Numbered from the stretch's first letter, positions 46,965 to 57,470 are shown. The stretch is DNA of 64,000 nt from an uncultured delta proteobacterium (GCA_963711565.1 CAVQEQ010000001.1:384001-448000), one strand, 5' to 3'. Program-made: numbers and translations. Notes: generated by a model from the letters alone, not told the origin.

Positions 46965-47844
46965 TCGGGAACGCGCCGCCATCGTCAAGGCTCAAGTTCA
47001 TCAGAGTGGCTCCTGGAGCCGGCGTCAACACAAACGTCGAATCGGGGATGACTCCATTGACGATCGGCCGGAGATAGCGAAACGTGACGTGGCTGCCGGC
47101 CGCAGGAAAGCTCGCATCGACGACGTACGGAAACATCACTCCGCCGATATCGTGATAGTCGCTGTATCGCACCTCGTACTTGACGCTGCCGTCGCTGCCG
47201 GTATCCCGCACCATCGCGAGGTTGCCGTCGGTAAATCCAAGCGCGCGAGTCCCCGACGCGGCGTCGCCGAACGACGCGACCAGCATGGCGCCGTCAGTCG
47301 AAACCGAAGCCGCGGTGCCATTGAGGACGAACTCGGGCGGCGCGAGTCCCATCAGCAGGCCCACCGCGTCCGTCGGCGCCATCGGGATTCGCACGTATCG
47401 ATAAAGCGTGTCGGCGTTCGCCTGTCCGCGCATGAAGCGATTCTGACCCGGCTCGAAGATCGCCAGGTCCGAGCCTTGCGCCGCGAGCAGCAAGGCGACG
47501 CCGAACGGCGACATCGCCTCGACGCGCAAATTGCCGGGCCGCTTGGCGACGATATCCTCTTTCGCCTTCACATGCTGCGCGCCAGCCGTGTATTCCATCA
47601 CCGCCGGAGTCTGCACGCAGGCGAGCCTGCGGTCACGTTCCGCAAGCGCCTCGATCATCTTCTCGGCCTGATATTTGTTCTCGCTCCAGCCCGGAATTGG
47701 CGTCGGGGCCTCCGGCACGGCCGGCGTGTGTATGATTATGCAGGCGGAAGTCTCGATCATCACCGGCAGCAGCATCGATGCGACCGCCGCGAGCCAGAAT
47801 GTTTTTCGGCGCCGACTGCGTTCAGTGGCCCGCGCTGGCGGCAT
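46954..47844 (-). CDS. LolB-like / DUF4292-like lipoprotein
   Basis: Lipobox-like TSAC; RPGNLRVEAMSPFG; YSDY...FPY; follows the TPR gene; start uncertain. Confidence 0.6.
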   Translation of the reverse strand: MPPARATERSRRRKTFWLAAVASMLLPVMIETSACIIIHTPAVPEAPTPIPGWSENKYQAEKMIEALAERDRRLACVQTPAVMEYTAGAQHVKAKEDIVAKRPGNLRVEAMSPFGVALLLAAQGSDLAIFEPGQNRFMRGQANADTLYRYVRIPMAPTDAVGLLMGLAPPEFVLNGTAASVSTDGAMLVASFGDAASGTRALGFTDGNLAMVRDTGSDGSVKYEVRYSDYHDIGGVMFPYVVDASFPAAGSHVTFRYLRPIVNGVIPDSTFVLTPAPGATLMNLSLDDGGAFPNES

Positions 47845-49591
47845 TCTGCAGGACCTGGATTTTATCCTTGAGGCGGGCGACCTGGTCGGTTTCCTGCGAC
47901 TTCTTCAGCGCGTCGTTGTATTCGTTGCTCGCTTCCTTGGTTTTGCCCAGCTTGCGATACGCGTCGCCAAGATGCTCGGTGATCGTGGGATCGCTGCCGG
48001 TCAGGTTGACCGCTTTCTCCAACTGCTCGACCGCCTTCTGGTAGTCGCCCTTCTGATAGTAAACCCAGCCGAGGCTGTCGACGTAAAATCCGTCTTCGGG
48101 TTCGATATCGAGCGCGCGCTTGATCAGCTTTTCGGCCTCGGCCAGGTTGGTGCCCTGCTCCGCGTAACTGTAGCCGAGGTAGTTCAGCGCCTGCGCGTTG
48201 GCGGGATTCAGCTCGATCGCTTTCTTCATCTCGGCCATGCCTTCGTCGCGCTGCTTGTTCTGATCGAGCGCCGCGCCGAGCGTGAAGTGGAACTTGTCAT
48301 TCTTGGGATCGGCCGCGACCATCTTGCGCGCCAGCTCGATCGCCGCCGGGTAATCCTTCTTTTCCTGGTACACGCCGACCATGAAGCCGGTGATCTCGGG
48401 GTCGTCGGGCTTCTTGGCGAGCGCGTCCTTCAGCGCGCCCAGCGCCTGGTCGTACTTGTTGTCCTTGTCGTACAGGTACGCGAGCTGCAGGCGCGATTCG
48501 ACGTAATGTTCGTTGTCGGCGGGAATCTTGTTGAACTCCGCGATCGCCTTGTCGTTCTCGGAAAGCTCGGAGTACACCGAGCCCAGGTAGTAGTGGACGC
48601 GGTAGTTGTCCGGCTCTGAGCCGAGCACCAGGTTGAACTCGGTCGCCGCGTCGTCAAAATTGTTCTGCTCGACGTACAGCAGCCCGATCTTGGTGCGCGT
48701 GTCCGCGGGATTGGTCTCGACCTGCTCGGCGCGTTTCAGCTCGTCGAGCGCCTCGTTGTATTTCTTCTGACCGACGAGGATCTCCGCCTTGCGCTTTCGC
48801 ACCAGCTCGTTGTTCGGATTGATTTGCGTGATCTTGTTGTAATAAACCAGCGCGTCCTGCGGGCGGTCCTGCCGCTCGCGCAACAGCGCGAAATCAAGCA
48901 GCACCAGCTCCGACGTAGGATTAAGGTCGAGCGCCTTCTGAAAATATTTTTCGGCGGCCGGGTAATTCTTCGAGGCCACCATCACCTTGCCGGCGTAGTA
49001 GTAGCCAAGGAATGAATCCGGATCGAGCGTGATCAGATCCTTGAAGGTCTTCTCGGCCGCGTCGTAGTCGCCGCGCTTGGCGTAAAGCGTGCCGAGGTAC
49101 AAATACGCTTCCTGGTTTTTCGGATTGAGGCGCAGCACCTCGCGGTAATCTTTCTCCGCGGTCGGGTCGTCGCCGAGCGCCGAGCTGATACCCGCGCCGA
49201 GCAGCCGCGCGTCCGCCGAGTCCGGATCGATCGCCAGCGCCTGGTTTATCTCCACCAGCGCGTCCTTGAGACGCCCGTCGCGGACGTAGAGAGTGGCGAG
49301 GCGAACCTTCAGCGCCGCGTTGTTGGGATCGTACTGGACCGCATCCGCGTAGTCCTTGAGCGCCTCTTCGCGGTCGCCATCGTTCATAGCGACTTCGGCC
49401 CTCAGGAACGCGCTCATCGCCCGCGCATCGGACGGCACGTCCACCGCCGGCGCGCCGCCGAACGGATTATCCTCGCCGACGCTGGCGCTGCGGAGCAGCT
49501 CGGGCTTCGCACTCGTGATTTGAGTGCAGCCCAGAAACGCGATCGACGCGGCGCCGATCGCGATAATCGCGCGTGTGCTGAAACCTATCAT
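47822..49591 (-). CDS. TPR-repeat lipoprotein
   Basis: Lipobox FLGC; many TPR units; ALNYLGYSYA, YVDSLGWVYY, EHLGDAY. Confidence 0.9.
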   Translation of the reverse strand: MIGFSTRAIIAIGAASIAFLGCTQITSAKPELLRSASVGEDNPFGGAPAVDVPSDARAMSAFLRAEVAMNDGDREEALKDYADAVQYDPNNAALKVRLATLYVRDGRLKDALVEINQALAIDPDSADARLLGAGISSALGDDPTAEKDYREVLRLNPKNQEAYLYLGTLYAKRGDYDAAEKTFKDLITLDPDSFLGYYYAGKVMVASKNYPAAEKYFQKALDLNPTSELVLLDFALLRERQDRPQDALVYYNKITQINPNNELVRKRKAEILVGQKKYNEALDELKRAEQVETNPADTRTKIGLLYVEQNNFDDAATEFNLVLGSEPDNYRVHYYLGSVYSELSENDKAIAEFNKIPADNEHYVESRLQLAYLYDKDNKYDQALGALKDALAKKPDDPEITGFMVGVYQEKKDYPAAIELARKMVAADPKNDKFHFTLGAALDQNKQRDEGMAEMKKAIELNPANAQALNYLGYSYAEQGTNLAEAEKLIKRALDIEPEDGFYVDSLGWVYYQKGDYQKAVEQLEKAVNLTGSDPTITEHLGDAYRKLGKTKEASNEYNDALKKSQETDQVARLKDKIQVLQNAASAGH

Positions 49592-49761
49592 TGCCAAAAC
49601 AAATTCCCGGGAGAGCTTCTCAATTACCCTAACACCACGCTCTTCGATCTAATACGCGAGGTGTGCCGCGACGTTACATCCGCCCGCGGACCTTTGCGCA
49701 CCCTTTACATTATAAGAAATCCGCCATCAGATGCGACCGTGCAACCCCCTTTTGATAGCCC

Positions 49762-51222
49762 ATGGTCGATCTGTTGCCTGCTTGCCACCGCGCATCGCCT
49801 CGGCTAGGCAGGGGAGCCGGAGCCGCCCCGCAATTGCCGCACGTCACCGAGGAAGATAACGCCGCCCAGCTCGCGCGCACCCTTCGCACGCCGCGCAAGC
49901 TCGGCCTGATCCCGCTCGTCTGCGTGATGTACCTCGTCGTCAGCGGCGGCGCCTACGGCCTCGAAGACGCTGTCCGGATGGCGGGGCCGCGCCTGACGCT
50001 CCTGCTGTGCCTTCTGGTGCCGCTCACGCTCAGCCTGCCGACGGCCCTGATGGCGGCGGAGCTGACCGCGCTGATGCCGGTGGAGGGCGGCTTCTATTTC
50101 TGGGTCAAGGAAGCGCTCGGCCCGTTCGCCGGTTTCGCCGAGGCGTACCTGACAATTCTTTACACTGCCGTCAACATGGCGATTTATCCGGTGCTGTTCG
50201 CCGGCTATCTTTCGTTCATCCTGCCGCTCGGCCCGGCGGCCCAAATCGCGATTGGCGTCGCGCTGGTATGGATGGCGGGCGGACTTAATTTTCTCGGCGT
50301 CAGGCCGGTCGGGATGGCGTCGATCGTGCTCGCCGCGATCCTCGTCTCGCCGTTCGCCGTGCTGGTGATTATCGGCCTGCCTCGACTGATCCACTTCACG
50401 ATGCCGACGCCGCCGTTGTTCGGTGCGGATGCGTGGGGCGCGCTCGGAGCCGGGCTGACGGTCGTCATCTGGAATTTCGGCGGATGGGAAAACCTGAGCG
50501 TGGTGTCCGCGGAAATCGAAAATCCGCGCCGCAACTATTTGCGCGCGATTTTGATCGCGCTGCCGGTAATCGTCGCAGGCTACGTGCTCCCGCTCGCCGT
50601 CTCCGTGTCCGGCGCGACCACCGCCGCCGATTGGGGCACCGGCTCGTTCTCGCACGTGGGTTATGAAATCGGCGGCCGCGCACTCGGCGGCGCACTGGCG
50701 CTCGGCGGCGCCGTGATGTCGTTCGCGGTATTCGAGGCCGCGATGCTCTGGGTCTCGCGCATGCCGTTCGTGCTCGCGCGCGAGCGCTACCTGTCGCCGC
50801 CGCTCGCCGAGCTCTGGTCCGCGACCGCGACGCCCGGGAAGTCGATCCTGCTCTGCTGCGTCGTCTTCACGCTGCTGGTCCCGGTCGGCTTCGTCGCGCT
50901 GGTGGTGCTCAACGTCTTCTTCTACATGGCGGCGCTGGCGCTCGAACTCTTCGCCTTGATGCGCCTGCGCAAGCTGATGCCGGATCGCACCGGGATGTTC
51001 ACAATCGGCGGCGGCCGCATCGGCCTCGCACTGGTCCTGATTCTCCCAATCCTGACGTGGGCCGCAACCTTCGGTCTTGCAATCTCAGCCGGAGTCGCCA
51101 AGCGAGACTTCATCCTCGCAATCGCCCTGGGCGTATGCGTCTGGCCGGCCTACGCAATCTGCCGCCGCCGCTACGGCGGTCCCCCCGCCATCGATCCCCC
51201 GCCCACCAGCATCACCGCTTGA
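49762..51222 (+). CDS. APC family amino acid/polyamine permease (start uncertain)
   Basis: VSGGAYGLED, AELTALMPVEGGFYFWV, WNFGGWE; about 12 TM segments. Confidence 0.88.
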   Translation: MVDLLPACHRASPRLGRGAGAAPQLPHVTEEDNAAQLARTLRTPRKLGLIPLVCVMYLVVSGGAYGLEDAVRMAGPRLTLLLCLLVPLTLSLPTALMAAELTALMPVEGGFYFWVKEALGPFAGFAEAYLTILYTAVNMAIYPVLFAGYLSFILPLGPAAQIAIGVALVWMAGGLNFLGVRPVGMASIVLAAILVSPFAVLVIIGLPRLIHFTMPTPPLFGADAWGALGAGLTVVIWNFGGWENLSVVSAEIENPRRNYLRAILIALPVIVAGYVLPLAVSVSGATTAADWGTGSFSHVGYEIGGRALGGALALGGAVMSFAVFEAAMLWVSRMPFVLARERYLSPPLAELWSATATPGKSILLCCVVFTLLVPVGFVALVVLNVFFYMAALALELFALMRLRKLMPDRTGMFTIGGGRIGLALVLILPILTWAATFGLAISAGVAKRDFILAIALGVCVWPAYAICRRRYGGPPAIDPPPTSITA

Positions 51223-51237
51223 AGATACTTTTCAGTC

Positions 51238-51507
51238 TCCTCGCCCTGTTAGGGCGAGGATGAAGGTGAGGGTCGAAATACAGCGCGCGATGTTTTTCGC
51301 GCGCGATTCAGGATTCTTTCTCTTCTCTCTGAGTCTCGCTTCTCGTCCGCCCTACTCTGTCATCCCGAGCGAAGCCGAGGAACCCCAGATCCGGCCTCGC
51401 CCGCTCGTGGGGAGAGGCCGCCGCGCGTCCTCGTGCGGCGGGAGAGGGACGTTATTTTCTGGATGGATTCCAGCGGTTCGCGTTCGCATGCGTCGCTCGA
51501 AAATGAC
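51238..51507. repeat. Mosaic of palindromic repeats (family B at 51238-51272 and 51393-51448; family A at 51357-51386 with a degenerate partner ending near 51507)
   Basis: TCCTCGCCCT-gtt-AGGGCGAGGA..GGTGAGGG; CTGTCATCCCGAGCGAAGCCGAGGAACCCC; GGCCTCGCCC..GGGAGAGGCC..GGGAGAGGG; CGCTCGAAAATGAC. Confidence 0.72.
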
Positions 51508-51559
51508 TTCGACTGGGAGACGCAGTTCAAGTCCGACATGACGGTGACTCACGGGAGCA

Positions 51560-52117
51560 CTAGTTCGTAGAGCGATCCCAATTGTCGAACGAGGTAGGTT
51601 TATTGGACAAGGAGTTCGGGTTTGCAGTCGCTGGTATGCTCGGCGAGTTTGCCGCAGCTGGAGCGTTTGAATCCACCACATTACTCGATGGCGGAACGCT
51701 GCTAGTAGCCGCTGGCCCTTGATTCGCGCTTGTGGCTGCAACGCGAGCGGGGTATGCAACAGCCGCCGCAGTCTGAGGGGCATTTGAAGACGAAGGGGAA
51801 CCTAGGCACTGAAAGTTCTTAGTCACGATCCAACTTAGGCAGTTTCCGTAACCGCCAAATGCCTCGCACTTTCTCATTCCGCCGCCAAACGGTTCCGATC
51901 CGGTATAACCCCATGCAGCGCATCTGGAAGCAGCGAGTTCCACTCCCTGTGCATCGTCAACTTCCGGTTTCTCAAACTCCCCATATTCGTATTCTAGTTG
52001 AACGGTTCCATCGGCGCGGCTCCCGCCGGTGTCTGCCCACTGCTTCTGAGCCGCGCACCCGCTTAGATAAGCGATGCTCATCAGACTGCACAGGATCGTC
52101 GCTACAGTAGATTTCAA
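51560..52117 (-). CDS. YecR-like lipoprotein with low-complexity tail
   Basis: Lipobox LSGC; GGSRADGTV.L.YEYG.FE, RC.AWGY..EPFGG; lower GC than its neighbours. Confidence 0.82.
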   Translation of the reverse strand: MKSTVATILCSLMSIAYLSGCAAQKQWADTGGSRADGTVQLEYEYGEFEKPEVDDAQGVELAASRCAAWGYTGSEPFGGGMRKCEAFGGYGNCLSWIVTKNFQCLGSPSSSNAPQTAAAVAYPARVAATSANQGPAATSSVPPSSNVVDSNAPAAANSPSIPATANPNSLSNKPTSFDNWDRSTN

Positions 52118-52202
52118 GTTAACCCCCTGTTGACTGGCTGCGGCACGATATAACGCGACACAGCGATTATCAACGCCCCTGTCGTGCCTATTCCGCCGCT
52201 AA

Positions 52203-53975
52203 CTAGCGCGCAGTCAGCCGATAGACCGCGACCGCGTCGTTCTGTGACACCGCTTCAATCGCGAACTTCCTCTGCAACTGATCGAGTTCGCTCTTCAACA
52301 CGTCCGCGTAATCCTGCGACTCGGGCGCGGCGATCAGCAGAAAGACCGGCGTCTTCGCGTCAATCGCCGATGCGAGCGAGTCCGCTGCTGCCGGTGACAT
52401 CTGATCGCCGTCGAACACTACCGGCGGCACCGGCCCGTTCCATCCCGCCGCGCGCTTCTCGTAGAGGCGATGCAGATGGTAGTCGGTGAAGCGCTCGCCG
52501 GGGTCGAGCGAGTTCAATCCCACCAAGCGGCGCTCTTCGCCCAGGTACAGGTCGAGAAATTGCAGCGAGACGTTGCTAACGATGGTCGCGTCGCGCGGCA
52601 CTGCGGAATCCAGCGACCCCAGCGCTTCAACCATCGCGGAGGACGCGGGCTGGGCGCTCAATCGCACGGCCGCTTCCGAAGCCAGCGACACGATCAGCAG
52701 CAGATCCAGTACGATCACTCCAGCCGCTGCGGCCAACCTACCGGCGCTTCGATTTTGGTCACGCAGCACGTCGCGCATCCATCGATTCGCGATCGCACCC
52801 CCCGCACCCGCCGCAATGAACAGCACAAACGCGCCGGGCAATATGAACGCCACGTCGGTGAACAGGTAAAAGCAGTAGAGCCCGGTCAGCGCGGCGAGGT
52901 ATCCGAGCCCGAACCACATCAGGCGCCGCGCCGCTGTTCTACCGGGCGTGCGAAGGATCGCGATGAACCCGAGAATCGCGAATAGCGCGGCCGCGAACGG
53001 GTAGAGGAAGTAGCGGGGGTTGCCGCGGTCGCCGAGCATCCCATCGAGCCCGAGCAGCGTCGTGAGATACACGATCACATTGCCGTGCGGATTTCGCGGC
53101 ATCGTAGGACCGAACAGGTACGCGATGCTGAATGTCCTCCCGCCCGCGCCATATACTTCGGGAACCCACCACGCGTAACCGCTTGCAAACGCGCTGCCGA
53201 GGTTGATCGAGTTCTGATGCAACTGCCAGATGACCGGGATCGCAAAACCGATTGCTATTGCGATTGCCGCTTTGAGCAGGCTGGAGAGATCGCGCTTCTC
53301 CAGCGGTACCATCAGTATGCACACTGCTAGGCCACCAAGGATGACGGCGTTGGTCGGGCGCATGATCGTCGAGAACCCGGCGAACAGACCGAAGATCAAC
53401 CATGCCAGCGCCCCTTTAGCGATCGTTAATTTGGGCTCTTTGCTTGAAGCCGCTTCTCGTAGTGCCCACGCGGCATAAATCGTGACGCAGAACGTGGGTA
53501 CATCGCTCATCACGAGCGATGAGTACGTGAGGAATACGGGCGAGAGCGCGACCAAAAGCGCTGCAATCAGGCCGGCTGCGCGCCCGAAGAGGCCTCGAGC
53601 CAGCCAGAACACGCCGAAGACCGAGACCATTCCGAGAGCCGTCGATAGCAAGAAGGGTGGATCTCGTGTGACAGAGCCATGACGCAAGAATTCCAGAATC
53701 AGCGGGTAGCCGGCGGTATAGCGCGACGGGTAAGTATATCCACCGAAATGCAGCACCGCACCGCGACCAGCCGCAAGGTTCACCGCCGACGCGGCGTACT
53801 CGAGTCCGTCGGGCCACGGCATCAACTCGAGTCCGCGTTGCGAGCCGCCAGATCTAACCATCGCCATCACGAGCGACTCGATAGCGATGAGGATCACCCA
53901 TTCGACGATGCTCGGTATCTCGGTAACGCCCGAAGGGAACGCGGGGGGCGCCTTCGATGACTTCGCGCGGCTCAT
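52203..53975 (-). CDS. GT-C (ArnT/PMT-like) membrane glycosyltransferase
   Basis: PDGLEY, SRYTAGYP, ALLVALSP, VMSD, RPTN; many TM helices. Confidence 0.72.
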   Translation of the reverse strand: MSRAKSSKAPPAFPSGVTEIPSIVEWVILIAIESLVMAMVRSGGSQRGLELMPWPDGLEYAASAVNLAAGRGAVLHFGGYTYPSRYTAGYPLILEFLRHGSVTRDPPFLLSTALGMVSVFGVFWLARGLFGRAAGLIAALLVALSPVFLTYSSLVMSDVPTFCVTIYAAWALREAASSKEPKLTIAKGALAWLIFGLFAGFSTIMRPTNAVILGGLAVCILMVPLEKRDLSSLLKAAIAIAIGFAIPVIWQLHQNSINLGSAFASGYAWWVPEVYGAGGRTFSIAYLFGPTMPRNPHGNVIVYLTTLLGLDGMLGDRGNPRYFLYPFAAALFAILGFIAILRTPGRTAARRLMWFGLGYLAALTGLYCFYLFTDVAFILPGAFVLFIAAGAGGAIANRWMRDVLRDQNRSAGRLAAAAGVIVLDLLLIVSLASEAAVRLSAQPASSAMVEALGSLDSAVPRDATIVSNVSLQFLDLYLGEERRLVGLNSLDPGERFTDYHLHRLYEKRAAGWNGPVPPVVFDGDQMSPAAADSLASAIDAKTPVFLLIAAPESQDYADVLKSELDQLQRKFAIEAVSQNDAVAVYRLTAR

Positions 53976-55540
53976 CGCGGCGCGTCTCCGCTAGCGCTGC
54001 CAGCACTGACGCCGCGCGCATTGGCGCGTGGCTCGTCGTCGTGCTGCTTATCCCACGCGTCGTGCGGATGCTCTATCCGGAAGTGTGGCTCGAGGATGAT
54101 TTCTACCTCGAGAGCGCCTGGCTGGTGAGCGTCGGGATGCGCCCGTATGTGGATTTCGTTCAACCGCATATGCCGCTGCTCGAATGGATCGCGGCAGGTT
54201 ACCTCAAGTTGTTCGGCGCAAGCTATCTGTCGATCGAAATTCTGAACGAGGCCGCGATTTTCGCGACCAGCCTCCTCACTTACTCTCTCGCGCGCCGCGT
54301 CGCCGGCCGTCCCGCCGCCATCGCCGCGTCGATTCCATACGCATACAGCTCGATCGTCTTTCGCTACCACGCCTACGAGCGCGAATGCTTCGTCGCGCCG
54401 CTGCTCGTCCTCGGCGCGATCGTCACGCTCGACGACACGATGCCCGCGATGCGCCAGGCCGCGATCCTTGCGGGCATCTTCTTCGTCGCGTGCGCAATCA
54501 AGCTGACCGCGGTGATCGGGTTCCCCGCGATGCTGATTTTCATCGCCGTCGCATACCGCCGAATCTCTGCTGCTATCGTCTCGGGCGTAATCTTCTTACT
54601 CGCACTCGCCGCGTTCAGCGCGTTTCTTTATCGGCTCTACGGCGACGAGTTCCTCTTCCAGACCTTCGTCTTTCATTTTCTGAAAGGGCAGGACGCCGCC
54701 GGCGACAGCGCGACCTATCCGCGCATGATTCTCGACCTGCTCGTGCCGCTGTTCTTCCTGGGATGCTGGCGAATCTTCGCCGACCGCGCCTTCAGCCGCG
54801 GCGTGATTCTCGTGCTCGCGGTCGTCGCTGTCGAGTACGCATTCTACGGCCTGCTGAGTCCAACCGCCTGGGCGCACAACTATCTGGAGGCTCTGCCGTT
54901 CATTGCGATCGTCGCGGGACTCGGCGCGATCGCTCTCATCGAAGCGACTCGTAACGCGGCCCAACAATGGCAATTCCTCGCCGGCGGTGCGGCGCTGATC
55001 CTGATTTGTCTGAGCTGGATCGCGCCGCTCGTCAACGAGAACTGGCTGAATGGCGCCGTCTATGGATTCGGCTTCGTGCCGCGTGCGGAGATCTCGCAGC
55101 TCGCCGACGCGTTGCGCGCCGCCGGCAAACCGGAAGACGACGTAATCGCGCCGTCGTTCATCTGCTTCGAGGCCAACCGCCGCGAATTGATCCGCTATCC
55201 CGAAACCTACGGCGTCTATCGCGAAGCGAAGGCCGAGTACGAGCATGACGGCTTCTTCGCCGCGCGCCGCCGTCTCGGCGCGATCGACTTTTTGCAGTTA
55301 ATCGCCGACACGCGCCACTTCTGGACCGACCAGATGCGCGACGCGATCGCCGGCGGAAAAGTCTCGGCCGTCATCAGCGACTCGCCGATTCAATTGCCGC
55401 CGCTGGTGCTGGTTCCCGAAGACTTCCTGTCCAGCAACGGCTTCCGCCCCACGCTGACGACCGACCACTTCACGCTCTGGACGCGAACCCGGCGCCGGCA
55501 ACGAACGCCCAGCCAAAGCTCCCCCAATGACGCTAACTGA
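53957..55540 (+). CDS. GT-C-like polytopic membrane protein (putative glycosyltransferase)
   Basis: Acidic EDDFY after TM1, PYVDF.QPHMP, many TM helices, periplasmic C-terminal domain. Confidence 0.65.
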   Translation: MTSRGSSRRVSASAASTDAARIGAWLVVVLLIPRVVRMLYPEVWLEDDFYLESAWLVSVGMRPYVDFVQPHMPLLEWIAAGYLKLFGASYLSIEILNEAAIFATSLLTYSLARRVAGRPAAIAASIPYAYSSIVFRYHAYERECFVAPLLVLGAIVTLDDTMPAMRQAAILAGIFFVACAIKLTAVIGFPAMLIFIAVAYRRISAAIVSGVIFLLALAAFSAFLYRLYGDEFLFQTFVFHFLKGQDAAGDSATYPRMILDLLVPLFFLGCWRIFADRAFSRGVILVLAVVAVEYAFYGLLSPTAWAHNYLEALPFIAIVAGLGAIALIEATRNAAQQWQFLAGGAALILICLSWIAPLVNENWLNGAVYGFGFVPRAEISQLADALRAAGKPEDDVIAPSFICFEANRRELIRYPETYGVYREAKAEYEHDGFFAARRRLGAIDFLQLIADTRHFWTDQMRDAIAGGKVSAVISDSPIQLPPLVLVPEDFLSSNGFRPTLTTDHFTLWTRTRRRQRTPSQSSPNDAN

Positions 55541-56546
55541 GAAGACTGCGCGGTCGATCGAACGCGTGCTGGTAATCTTTCCCGGCGCGCTTGGCGATCT
55601 CTTGTGCCTGATGCCGGCGCTGGCGGTGATTGCGCAACGTCATCCGGGCGCGTCGATCGAGCTGATGGCGCGATTCGAGCTGGCGCGGCTCGCCGCTGGG
55701 AGGACCGTCGTCGCGCGCGCGCACTCGATCGATGCTCGCGAAGTGGGTGCGTTGTTCTCCGACGACCCTTCAGATGGCGCGCGCCGATTCTTCGCGGAGT
55801 TCGATCGTATCTACTCGTTCTTCGCGTCGGACGACGCGCGGTTTCGCGCGCGATTGGCGGCGGCGACCGATGCCGTCGTCTCGTTTCATCCGTTCCGTCC
55901 GGGCGGCGACGGCCACGTGTCGGCGGGGTACTTGAGGACGGTTGACGCGGACGCTTCGCAGGTGGTTACGCGGCTCGAACCGACCGCCGATGACCTTGCG
56001 GCGGCCTCGCGGGTGCTGGCGGAAGCGAAATGCGATGCGGCCGGGCTGGTCGTCATTTTTCCCGGCAGTGGAAGTCCCGCCAAGAATTGGCAGGCGCATA
56101 AATTCGCGGAGCTTGCGGCGATGCTGGCGAAAGGATCCGGGATTCTTCGCTCCGCAGACTCCGCTCTGAATGACAAAGAGGATGGTCAGAAGGACAAAGA
56201 ATATTCATGCGTGGTCGCGCTTGGGCCGGCTGAAGCGGCGATCGAACCTGTCTTTCGCGAGGCCAGCATCCCCGTCCTGAAGGATCTCGATTTGCCGACC
56301 GTCGCCGCCGTCGCGCGCCTGGCGTCGGCCTTCGTCGGCAATGATTCGGGCGTGGCGCATCTTGCAGCGGCGGTCGGCACGCCCGGCGTGGCGATCTTCG
56401 GGCCTACCGATCCCGCGCGATGGCGTCCGCTTGGCCCGGGCGGGGGCGCACAGATAACCATTCTCAGGCGCGATCTCATCGATTCTATCGAGCCGCGCGA
56501 GGTCGCCGGCGCTCTGTCGAAATTTGTGGAGCGGCGTCAAAGATAA
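55527..56546 (+). CDS. Glycosyltransferase family 9 (heptosyltransferase-like)
   Basis: GALGDLL, FPGSGSPAKNW, FVGNDSGVAHLAAAVGTP, FGPTDPARWRP. Confidence 0.9.
   Translation: MTLTEKTARSIERVLVIFPGALGDLLCLMPALAVIAQRHPGASIELMARFELARLAAGRTVVARAHSIDAREVGALFSDDPSDGARRFFAEFDRIYSFFASDDARFRARLAAATDAVVSFHPFRPGGDGHVSAGYLRTVDADASQVVTRLEPTADDLAAASRVLAEAKCDAAGLVVIFPGSGSPAKNWQAHKFAELAAMLAKGSGILRSADSALNDKEDGQKDKEYSCVVALGPAEAAIEPVFREASIPVLKDLDLPTVAAVARLASAFVGNDSGVAHLAAAVGTPGVAIFGPTDPARWRPLGPGGGAQITILRRDLIDSIEPREVAGALSKFVERRQR
56136..56175 (-). repeat. Family A repeat embedded in frame in the GT9 gene
   Basis: Reverse complement TGTCATTCAGAGCGGAGTCTGCGGAGCGAAGAATCCCGGA matches the copies at 33950 and 39516. 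Confidence 0.82.
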
Positions 56547-56609
56547 TAGACTGTAGGCCGTGAATCGTCGGACAACATCCGTAAGTCGCGCGCGAACGAA
56601 AAGAGGACT

Positions 56610-57470
56610 ATGAGCTTCTTCAAAACGACGCTGCTGCTGGGGTTGATGACGGTGCTGTTGATGCTGATCGGCGGGCTGCTTGGAGGCCGGCACGGCGTCG
56701 CGATCTTTTTCGTGATCGCCGCGGTGATTAACTTCTTCAGCTACTGGTTCTCCGACAAGATCGTCCTCAAGGCATACGGCGCCCAGGAACTCGACGCGTC
56801 GTCCGCACCCGAGCTCTACTCGATCGTCAACGAACTTGCGCATTCGGCGGGAATCCCGATGCCGCGCCTCTACCTAATCGATTCCGACACGCCCAACGCC
56901 TTTGCGACCGGCCGCAACACGCATCATGCCGCAGTCGCCGTGACGAAAGGCATCATGCGAATCTGTACGCGCGAGGAGTTGAAGGGCGTCATCGGCCATG
57001 AACTCTCGCACGTTACCAATCACGATATTCTGACCAGCTCGATCGCGGCCACGCTCGCGAGCGCGGTGATGATGATCGGCACGATGATTCGATGGGGCGC
57101 GATTTTCGGGCTTGGCGGCCGCGACGACGAGGGTGAAGGCGGCATCGCGGGACTGCTGATCGCGGGCATCCTCGCGCCGATCGCGGCGACGCTCATTCAG
57201 CTCGCGATCTCGCGCACGCGCGAGTACCAGGCCGACGCGAGCGGCGCCAAGCTGACGCATAATCCCATGTACCTGGCCAGCGCACTGCGCAAGCTCGAAG
57301 CCGCCAACGAGCGGATGCCGCTGGACGCCAGCCCGGCGACGGCGCACATGTTTATCGTGAACCCGCTGAGCGCGGCAGGAATCTCGCGGCTGTTCTCGAC
57401 GCATCCGCCAATCGAGGAACGAATCCATCGCCTCGAACAGATGCAAGCCGGGCAGATTGGACAAGGATGA
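56610..57470 (+). CDS. htpX: Zinc metalloprotease HtpX
   Basis: PNAFATGR, HELSH, ISRTREY.AD, FSTHPP; GAGGA RBS. Confidence 0.96.
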   Translation: MSFFKTTLLLGLMTVLLMLIGGLLGGRHGVAIFFVIAAVINFFSYWFSDKIVLKAYGAQELDASSAPELYSIVNELAHSAGIPMPRLYLIDSDTPNAFATGRNTHHAAVAVTKGIMRICTREELKGVIGHELSHVTNHDILTSSIAATLASAVMMIGTMIRWGAIFGLGGRDDEGEGGIAGLLIAGILAPIAATLIQLAISRTREYQADASGAKLTHNPMYLASALRKLEAANERMPLDASPATAHMFIVNPLSAAGISRLFSTHPPIEERIHRLEQMQAGQIGQG

